DNA from: Epithemia pelagica
Taxonomy: Eukaryota; Protista; Bacillariophyta
NCBI GenBank assembly: GCA_946965045.2
Contig: OX337240.1
Span: 1,426,001 to 1,490,000, forward strand
Length of the DNA stretch: 64,000 nt
Direction of reading: 5' to 3'
In this document: piece by piece, positions 55,830 to 64,000 of the stretch
Layout: every line of letters begins with the position of its first letter
How positions within the stretch are numbered: position 1 is the first letter of the stretch
Made by a program: the position numbers and the translations under genes
Notes under the pieces: model-generated
Told to the model about the DNA's origin: nothing
Database searches by the model: none
What the model saw: only the letters and a program-made list of their open reading frames with translations

Positions 55830-55859
55830 TGTTACTGGTTTCCACCCTCTCCATAGGAG

Positions 55860-57254
55860 TCACGATTTGTAATCAGAGTCCTCCTGCTCGTCCTCCATGC
55901 TCTCGACCAGTGTCTCATGCGCCACTGCCATCTTCAGAGCTTCTTTCTTCTTCTTTTCTTCTTTTGCGTCCGTTTTCGGTGCTGGTTTCGCATACCCTTT
56001 ACAATCCGCTGGCTTGTGGGTCCTCCACTTGCCACCACATTTGCCGCCTGTGGCTTCATCGCACCAGTGCCACTTGGTACCATTCCAAGTACGGTACTTT
56101 GTCAGGCTTTCCTGTTTCGGCTTCGTGTGGTCTTTGAGCCATCCTGGTCGTTCGGGTTTCTGCTTGGTGTTCTCCGGTTTTGCTTTGGTGCCTTTCTTGT
56201 GCACTCCATCCTTGGCTTTTGCTTTGTCCGCGTTGTTCTTGTTGGACTGTTTCTTGAGGTGGAGTACCTTGGCCTGGAGGGCCAGTACCTCCTTTTGGTG
56301 CTGGGTTGGTTGCTCCCATTCGTCGCGCGTCACTTGTTTCTTGTAGAAGTTGACAGCGCGGACCATCAATTCATTTGCGTTCGTGATGACATTGGATCCG
56401 TCTTCGTGGCCGTCTTCAATCTTTTGGATATAATCCTGAAAACGGTTGTCCTTGACGGCTTTGTAGCCTTTAAACAAGTTAACGATTAGGTCTAGTGACG
56501 TGTGTCCTCTGGATGCCAATCCATCAACTTGGCTCTGCACGTAGGCGTTGAATGCGACAATATCGGACCCCTTCGTCTCGATGTAACGATCGAGGTTTGT
56601 TAGGTTCAGTCGCAACGTAGTGACAGTCGCGTTGGAGTCAAGGTAACTCTCGCGAATCATGACCTTGAAGAGGCATCCTCCTGCATCTTCCCCATTCACC
56701 TTGGTATCATTCGTCCAAATTTGGATACGTTGAATGCCGGTTGGTGAGAGTGAGTTCATGATTAAGTCATGAAGCATCTTGGAGTTCTGCGAGTTCCTGG
56801 TGTTCTGTCCGATGAATGTCGTTTCGTAGGCCTTGATTTCCTCCAACGTCAAACGTCCATAATCCGTGATCATGTTGACAGCTGGTGGTGCGACTCCTCC
56901 TGGAGGTGCCGGAACTGTTGCCATGCAGTTGGCTCCGTTCTCGAGCATTCTGAGGTCGCGAGCCCGCGTATGGAGTAGGTTCACGAATAGTTGGAACCTG
57001 CCTGGCTCTACGTCAAACTTCTCGTCGGTAGAGAATAAGGATCTCGTTGCCTGTTCGTAGTACTTCCTGCCTTCTTTCGTGCCAAAATCCAGGGTGTTTG
57101 CAATCCCTGATCGCAAGGGAGTACGTAGGAACGGTCCTGCAGCTGGTGCTCCTGGTCCGGCAGATGCTTGCGCTATTGCGTTCTGGATCGCAGCGGATGC
57201 ATTGTTCAGGGCTTGAACGAGCGCTTGGGCATCTGCTCCTGCTGCGTCTCCCAT
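55860..57254 (-). CDS. gag: Inner element Gag
   Basis: ATG 57254 (MGDAAGADAQ). Shares blocks with the outer gag (KYYEQAT/LYYKAIA, DYGRLT/DYAQVT, CLFK/CLLK, YLD/YID). C-terminal WC-x7-C-x6-H-x4-C knuckle. Confidence 0.88.
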   Translation of the reverse strand: MGDAAGADAQALVQALNNASAAIQNAIAQASAGPGAPAAGPFLRTPLRSGIANTLDFGTKEGRKYYEQATRSLFSTDEKFDVEPGRFQLFVNLLHTRARDLRMLENGANCMATVPAPPGGVAPPAVNMITDYGRLTLEEIKAYETTFIGQNTRNSQNSKMLHDLIMNSLSPTGIQRIQIWTNDTKVNGEDAGGCLFKVMIRESYLDSNATVTTLRLNLTNLDRYIETKGSDIVAFNAYVQSQVDGLASRGHTSLDLIVNLFKGYKAVKDNRFQDYIQKIEDGHEDGSNVITNANELMVRAVNFYKKQVTRDEWEQPTQHQKEVLALQAKVLHLKKQSNKNNADKAKAKDGVHKKGTKAKPENTKQKPERPGWLKDHTKPKQESLTKYRTWNGTKWHWCDEATGGKCGGKWRTHKPADCKGYAKPAPKTDAKEEKKKKEALKMAVAHETLVESMEDEQEDSDYKS

Positions 57255-57572
57255 GTTCACTTGTTCTCCTGAAAGTAGTTCACGGCACAAATCGGTGAGT
57301 TTTTCTTATGAAAGGTCACAGTTATCGCGCAGAGGAAGCGTGTTGTTTTAACCGTGGTCACTGCCGATTAAAAGGGCCAACTAGTTTCGTAAAAGGGGAT
57401 TGAGTGAATTATAAGGGTATGGTCATGTTACGCTATGGGTGCGAATGGACTGACGTTGGAGGGACGTCAGTTGATAAGTGCCAAGTGATGTGCGTCAGGA
57501 AAATGACCTGTTGCACTTGGAAGATTCCCCCAGGTTCCGATTGCGCCCGGCGGCAATTGGGAGCTTCCAACA

Positions 57573-58101
57573 AAGACAAATTCCATCGGGTGCGTCGTTG
57601 ATTGTGAAGTTGTCCACAAACAACAAGACCTGAGCTTTAAACGTTTCTGTCAATGATTCGATCAGAAAGTAATAAAGCATGTCCGAGTTTTGCGCGTCTC
57701 TCGTCTGTTGACCCTGATAGGTCGTAGCTCGTGCTCGTACTTCAGTAGCAGTGACTTGGGCATAATCCTTGATGAGGTTGCGACTGACTCCTCCTGCCAC
57801 AGGGATGGTCAGGATGCTCGTCCAGTGGAAACGACGAGCTCGGTCAGCGACGGAAGCAAGGAACAGCAATGTTGTCCGGCTGTCCATCGAACTTGGTCTC
57901 CAATGGAGCAATAGCCTTGTAGTAGAGCTTCACGGCTGATGATTCCGTGAAGTCCAGAACGTCGTTAGTTCGTCCAGGTCCAAGTGCAAAGGCAGCTGCT
58001 CCTCCCCCTGGAGGTGCTGGAGGTGCTCCTCCTCCACCGCCTGCGTCCATAATTGCAGCAGCGGCGACTCTTCGTGCTCTGGCAGCTCTGGTTTCGACTA
58101 T
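57573..58101 (-). pseudogene. gag: Outer element gag, 5' part
   Basis: Reads ATA-GTC-GAA-ACC-AGA (possibly a former ATG, MVETR) through ALGPGRTNDVLDF, KFDGQPDNIAV and IKDYAQVT. Frameshift near 57865. Confidence 0.8.
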
Positions 58102-58147
58102 GGTGATACTCTTGGTGGTCTCTTGGTCTCTATTCGCAGAGGAAGCG

Positions 58148-58366
58148 TGTGATTTCTACGATAGGTTGGGAAGACGTGATTGTAGGGGCATTCGTAGATC
58201 GGTTGTTTTGTTATTATGAGCTTTATACGTTCTAAAAGGATGACAAGGGCAAGCCTTTATTCACCTAATGCTTGTCCTTGCAGTCGTATGCAAAGCGAAG
58301 CAAACATCCTGTAGATTGGGTAGTCTAGGTGACCGCGAGACGTGCTATGGTTGCTATATTCTCACA
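58148..58366 (-). repeat. 5' LTR of the outer copia element
   Basis: Direct repeat of 44290-44508, followed (element sense) by the PBS-position sequence. Confidence 0.95.
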
Positions 58367-59359
58367 TGTCTCTTTTTCTTGAACCAACGATGTCTGCACA
58401 GATATCTGTTCGAGTCGTCGTCAAAGAGTTGGATAGTGGTTTGGTCTGCGACATTCCAGTTGCTCTCTTATGACCGGAAAGATTGTTCTTGGCGGAAAAT
58501 GATTTTGCTGGGGCACTCTGGAGCTTCCAGGCCTTGGATCCTGGAAAGATGACGACAAACATCACCACAACAATCACACGAGGAAACATCATGATGAATC
58601 GACTTCTTGGTCTATCTCAATCTATGATATCTTTTCATCTAGTTGTGTATACTTTTGACTTGATTGCTCCGTAATGTTTTCAGAAGGGAGGAGCTCATAC
58701 GAAACCTTGCTTGGGTCAATTTGAGCGATGCACCGATTGAGTTGATGGGATACATCGTGCACAGGCCAAAGTTGAATTTATTAGCTTTTTTGTCGCTGTA
58801 CATTCGCATCTGAAATCCGAATGGAAGGTACCGGGACTCCGCTACCGCTCGCGTTTCCCACCTACTCCCAAGGTACTCCTAGCACTAAGACTCCAGGAAG
58901 CTAAGCTCCACGATTGAACAAGAACCACCACTTTGACAATGTTGTCCAGTTTCTGTGTATCCTTTGGATCATGCTGGGTCCTCAAATGCCAAGAAACCCT
59001 AATCTCGGACATCCTTTGTCTGCTACTGACCCGGTGAACGAACAACGAACGCATTGCTTCATCTACTTTTCCTGATGACTGTTCCATTCAACAGAAACCA
59101 TCACGAAGGAGGCTCAAAAGGTAGTTAACTTTCTCGTATTCCAATAGATCTCTAGTATGCTGGCAGTGTCCCGATCTCCGATCAGTTTGAGAATCGTGCA
59201 AGTTCGCAACATAATCCTAGGATTTTCGCTCGGTCGATTTTGCCTGCATGTCAATGTAGACAACTGGTCGGCAGACCTGTCCACGACACTGATACGAAAC
59301 GAGACAAACGGGGAGTTACAATGAACGATCAACTTGGTTGCGCTTTTCGAGGCCAAGTG

Positions 59360-59665
59360 CACGCCGTTACCTCGAGGCTATCTACTATCGTCTTGATACA
59401 AAATCGGAGCAAAGCGAAGTCCTACGTAACGTGAACTAGATTGAGTTGTTCGAACTTGTTCTCGAGGTAGTTAATCGTCATTGTTCCAGTCCAATCCCTC
59501 AATCCACTTGTCCACGCCGCTGCCTCGAGGCTATCTACATGACGTCGTTTTCGAAAAGTGTCGCAGGCACCAAGCCCGAAGTCCTTCAAAACTTGACCTA
59601 GATTGAGTCGTTCCGGTGTGTTCTCAAAGCACGCATGTACCCTCAATGATGGTTTTCTATCGTCA
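59360..59665. repeat. Degenerate tandem duplication (~150-bp period), possibly within the third element's 3' LTR
   Basis: CACGCCG..CCTCGAGGCTATCTAC at 59360 and 59513; CTAGATTGAGT occurs twice; a partial third unit begins CACGC..TACCTC at 59630. Confidence 0.55.
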
Positions 59666-60374
59666 TCGTTGTCATTTGTCCTAGGTGTTCCCTTTCTTAT
59701 TAACTCTATGTTGAACGTTGAGCCCCCATCCTGTACTCGTATACTGCCCGACTTTCCTCCTCGGCATCAGACTCGGCACAGGCTGACACGAGCATGAGCA
59801 AGGACTTTCGTTCGCGAAGATGTCTTGTAAAAAGTCACTGGGTTCTAAGGTGTTTTTGTAGATAGACGAGCATGTGTCTTGTCGTCTTCTTGGACAGAAA
59901 GCTCAATTGAGACTCCACCGAGATGTCAGAACAGACAAGACAGCTTCTGCTAGATTTGGTGTCCAGAATTCTGTGAATCTTGAAGCGGAGGCATCTGATC
60001 CTCTAGCCTTCCGCGCCTCCTTTCGACCTTTTGATGATTCCGATGTGTGTGTTTCGTTAATCGTTACTAGGTAAGCAAAGATCGCAAGATTCGAGAGCAT
60101 GAATGCAAATTACGATCGTGTGTCTAAGTGAAAAACTGAAATAGTGAGCTCTAAGCTACGCGTCCCTCATGGGTTAGCTACTCGCCCAAAATTCGCTTAA
60201 TATCAGTCGCCTTTCTTGGTCCCCTCAAAATTGCTATGACGGACCCTCTTGATATAGTCACATTTTGCCATCTTCATACTCTATAACACATGGAATTCAT
60301 CAACATTCATCTTCTTCATCTCCTCCACACCTGCTTTAGAGCGCCCCACTTTTATGGCGTGCAGGACGTACCCA

Positions 60375-60383
60375 GTCCCCTCA
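60375..60383 (-). other. Probable polypurine tract of the third copia element (TGAGGGGAC, then TG)
   Basis: Purine run about 40 nt after the pol stop, directly followed by TG at 60374-60373 (element sense). The far end of the LTR cannot be fixed because the partner LTR is outside the window. Confidence 0.5.
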
Positions 60384-60421
60384 GTCGGGCGGGAAACGTA
60401 CTCATTGTCCAACGGCTTTCC

Positions 60422-63400
60422 TTAGAATAAAATCATCTGTGCCAATCTTGTTCGCTCCGGACCAGTTTGAATCTTTGTAAGCAGGTCCGCTAAATTTGTC
60501 TTAGACGGTTCAAAGGCAATCTTGCATGTACCGTTTGCCACGTTTTCGCGTACAAAATGATACGCAACTGAATTCGATTTCTTGCGTAGTGTCGATTCCG
60601 GTAAGGAACTGTTGTAGACCACAGACATGTTGTCTACTCGCACATGTGCATGCCCGTCCAAGGGAATACCCATCATCCTTATCTTGTATCGTAAGCCTTT
60701 CAGCATCTCCACTCCCACTTTGAGGGCCATAAATTCAGACCCAAACGTAGAAGTCTCAACGCTCGTTTGTTTCTTGCTATACCACGAGATGGGGGCTCGA
60801 TTCAAATAAATGAGCACACCTGTTCTTGAGCGTCGCGTCAGGAGATCTCCAGCATGGTCTGAATCGACAAAGACTGTCATTTGGACCGCTTTGCCTAATG
60901 GTTCGGGTGCATCTGGAGGAATTTCTTCAATGGCTCCAGGATAGAAGCCTGTCCAGTCACTCGTTGGTTCATCACCAAGCTCAATATATGATGGATCCAT
61001 GATGAGCCGTGAACGATCGTGTAGGTTGAGATAGGCAAACAGATGAAGCATTGCCTCCATATGCCCTTCTCTGGGCCCTGCCAAAAATCCAGCCAACATT
61101 GACACTTCTGCAGCGATGTCAATTCTTCCCAATTCGACGAGCCAGCGAAGCACACCCATTTGCTGTTGATAAAAGGTCATTAGCTGTGGATCACAATATG
61201 GTGTTGTGTCCAATTCAGGACGATACCCACTGGGCAACACACTTGGTGCTCTGGTTTTGAGTTTGCGGTCTTGATTTTCAAGCCATGAGACGACGTTCCG
61301 TATGGCTGCCTTTGCATATTTCTCTGAACTCAACGCCCAGCATCGTTGCGACACGTCATTATTGATATCGAACGTTTGTACTTGTGATCCCAGATAATAC
61401 TTAGGAATACCAATCGAATCTGGTTTAAGTAGGTAGTGGTGGTCAAGCATCGTCAAAGATTCCATCGGCTTGTGCGAGATGACCAATATGTCGTCTGTAT
61501 AGACGAACAGCATTTCGTAGTAGCGCTCTCCATTTCCCTTTGTAGCTTGACGTAAATAACAGTCTGGATCTGCTCGACATGGGAAATAGCCCAAGTCCTC
61601 TTGCAGGGTAGTGGACAGGAGATCGCGCCAGGCATAGGCACTGGTCTTTAACCCATAGAGGGCTTTCGTGATGATCGCAATCCGGCCTTGGTATTCGGTG
61701 CCAAATTCTAAACCGCATCTTGTGCAGACCTTTTCAAGGCATGGAGTGTTAAGATATGCTCCGGCAATATCAGCTGCTTGAATCTCTAATCCATTGAGAG
61801 CAGCCAGCATGAATCCAATTCGGACGCTCTCACGGCTGACGACACTTGCGTATGTTGGTGCTTCAGGCTCTTCCGTTCTATGGCCTCCAGCCACATATCT
61901 GGCCTTTTGGGTGAAATCCATCTTGACATCAAAAACAATGTGACAAGGGATTACCTGATAGCCAACTGGTTCTTTGACACCGTCATCCAATATTTTGACG
62001 GCTGGGAAAATCTTGGACATCTCCAGTTTCAGGGCTTTACGCCAATAATCCGTTCCAGTTTCACGATCAATCTGGAGAGCTCGTTCCACTGTTTTGGGCA
62101 CCTCAATGCCGTATTTTTGGGATTGCCGCATGTATCTTGTAGTCTTTGCTGCTTTGATCAGCCTCGTTCTCCTTCGTAGAGTGAACGGTACCCACCATGC
62201 AAACGCGGGTTCTTTTTCTAGTTTGTTCGCAACAGCATACTCAGCGACTTCGATAGGATACGATTCTTTGAGATCCTTCAGGGCCTCCCAACTTGAGGAG
62301 CCGTCCTTCCATTTAATACATAAGAACCAGCCTCTCGTTGTCTTCTTCTTGTGTTTTCGTCCGTTCAATTCGAATTCGCCATCCGATATGGGCACAGCTG
62401 TCTTGTCTGCTTTGTGATCGGTGATTTCCTCCACCATACGATACAAATTGCCCTCATCATCGAGTTGCTCGTAAATATTTTCGGCAATAAGATTTGCCGC
62501 ATAGGACTGTACATGGCCATCGTCGAATTCAACTTCATAGAGGGTCGTATCCAGATAGGGATTTGTCGAGGCATGTCCGACGACCCGACCCTCTGCATCG
62601 CGTTTCCTTCTTCTAACCGTCCCCTTTCGTTGGTCATCCCCAAGAGGCAGCATAACTTTAGCTGAAATGAGTTTATCGTATGCATCGGGTGCATAGGCAT
62701 CGGCTTCTGGCATCCGAACATCTGGTTGTTCGTCATCTTCGTAGGCCTCAAAGGTAGGCGTGTCAGCCTCATTATCGTCTTCATCAGCGATGGGGATACC
62801 GGCCATTCGATTCCCAAGGGCAGCTTTCAGGTTTTCCATATATAAAGCCTGCTGAGCTTTATGTGCGTCATCCATTTGTGATTCTCGGTGGATTGGCCAT
62901 ACGGAGGTTCGATGAACTATCTTTCCTTTGTCAGTAAAGACTTTGGCACACATTGCCTGCCCAACGGTATGACTTGGTCCCAGCCAGCGGCCCAATTTGC
63001 GACCCTCAAAGCCAGGGTTACTATACCAAACAAAATCAAACCATCGATGTTCAACGAGGTGGGAAATATCTGGCGTATCGCCAGTGAGTTGCTGAATGGG
63101 CGGACCATTCACATTGCTTCCAAAACTCGTGTGGGAGCGTCGTTCCGCCATTAGCATGAGACAATGGTCCCACAACACAGCTGGAGCGTTACTACGCCTC
63201 ATTTCGCGTCGGTAGAGGCGCTTCAATTCTCTGATATTGGCCTCAGCCAGGTTTTGGTTTGGAGTCCAGGCTTCCACAGGTTTAATGCGGCATCCGTATT
63301 TGTGGGCTACCTTCCGAAATTCTTGCGAGGTTAATTCTGGCGCGTTGTCAGGAATTATATGGTTGAAAATGCCGTAACTGTCGAAGACAGATGGCAACGT

Positions 63401-64000
63401 TGTCGGAGCTTCGCTTTTCTTTCGCATAGGGACGAAATGGACCCAGCCAAAGTCTGTGGCAAAGATCTGCCCGCATGTATGTTGATCAAGCGATTTCGTC
63501 TCAGAAAACAGTGTATCGGTGTACACATCTGCTCTCAGTCGGCGATGCCGCAGTTGGTATGCCGTGTGTTTCAAACGGCGACTCCCTCCTTGATCAGTAA
63601 ACTCTCGGACACCCAACTGTGTCGTCTGCTGGAATGTCCGCTCAGCGCTAGGAAGTCCAATACTCCATCGCTGTGCCAATTCATCTGGACGTACTGTCCC
63701 CTTTCGCCTATGTCCAATATCTGATACATGGACATGAATGGCGCGATTATTCACTCGTAGTGTCTTTGTCATTGCAAGGTTGATCGTCCGCTCACGCTTT
63801 TCTTCTGAGGCGTTCACTTGTACTGAATCCCGGAGTGCCCTTTCATCAACGTCAGGTGTTGAGTCATTCGGTTGCCACTCAGGTCTTTCATTCGTCATGT
63901 CGATTCGGCAAGAAGGATCTATTGTTTCAATCTCTTCTTTCGTGGGCTTGCGCGTGCGGAATTGGCTTAGAACGCCAACAAGGTCGAGTGGAATGCGCAA
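60422..64000 (-). mobile_element. pol: Third Ty1/copia (CoDi-like) element: open pol with integrase, Tudor-like and chromodomain-like segments, RT and RNase H; truncated by the window edge
   Basis: 1192 codons without a stop. Integrase VYTDTL, IIPDNAP and NLAEANIRELK; LYEVEFDDG; EEITDH...LCIKWKDGSSSWEAL; RT AADIAGAYL and VYTDDIL; RNase H FVDSDHAG, GSEF, VDNMSV and NLADLLTK. Confidence 0.93.

Larger units (their letters stand above)
51290..57572 (-). mobile_element. Ty1/copia (CoDi-type) LTR retrotransposon, inner nested element; structurally intact
   Basis: 232-bp LTRs at 51290-51521 and 57341-57572 (TGTTG...CAACA; 4 mismatches). 6-bp duplication AAGACA at 51284-51289 and 57573-57578. PPT GAGAGGGAG at 51522-51530; PBS-position sequence at 57327-57340. 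Open gag and pol. Confidence 0.96.
44290..58366 (-). mobile_element. Ty1/copia (CoDi-type) LTR retrotransposon, outer element; degenerate and interrupted by nested insertions
   Basis: 219-bp LTRs at 44290-44508 and 58148-58366 (TGTGA...TCACA; 4 mismatches). 5-bp TSD TGTCT at 44285-44289 and 58367-58371. PPT GGGAGGGAG at 44509-44517; PBS-position sequence at 58135-58147. Order gag-PR-INT-RT-RH. Confidence 0.95.

Noticed and set aside
58600-60374. Exact boundaries of the third element's 3' LTR and its TSD
   Set aside because: The partner LTR is outside the window and no exact inverted terminal match (TGGGTAC) was found, so no boundary is claimed.

Overview
Eukaryotic nuclear DNA, most likely from a diatom (inferred from bipartite plastid-targeting presequences, an LHC/FCP-family gene, short GT-AG introns and CoDi-type Ty1/copia elements). 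Bases 1-44 kb are gene-dense: a DUF3611 plastid protein, an LHC-family protein, an S8 subtilase, a hidden 62-aa three-exon protein, a ZIP transporter with a His-rich tail, a PWI protein, a mitochondrial carrier, dephospho-CoA kinase, an ATG2/VPS13-like protein, a frameshifted PhyH-type dioxygenase, an SPTK-repeat protein, two tandem SGNH-like paralogues, an OGFOD2-like oxygenase, cytochrome b561, sphingosine-1-phosphate lyase, an RluA pseudouridine synthase and an MFS transporter. Bases 44.3-64 kb are a retrotransposon nest. A degenerate copia element (44290-58366; 219-bp LTRs, 5-bp TSD) contains an apparently intact copia element (51290-57572; 232-bp LTRs, 6-bp TSD), a 1377-bp element with 85-bp terminal inverted repeats, and a 152-nt rod-like hairpin. 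A third, chromodomain-bearing copia pol runs off the right edge. Most interesting: (i) the hairpin with three repeated 5x5 G.A-closed internal loops; (ii) a primer-binding site shared by the two nested elements that matches the D-arm, not the 3' end, of initiator tRNA-Met; (iii) gag and pol in the same frame, separated by a single TGA-C, in both nested elements. All family assignments come from motifs read by eye; no database searches were run.
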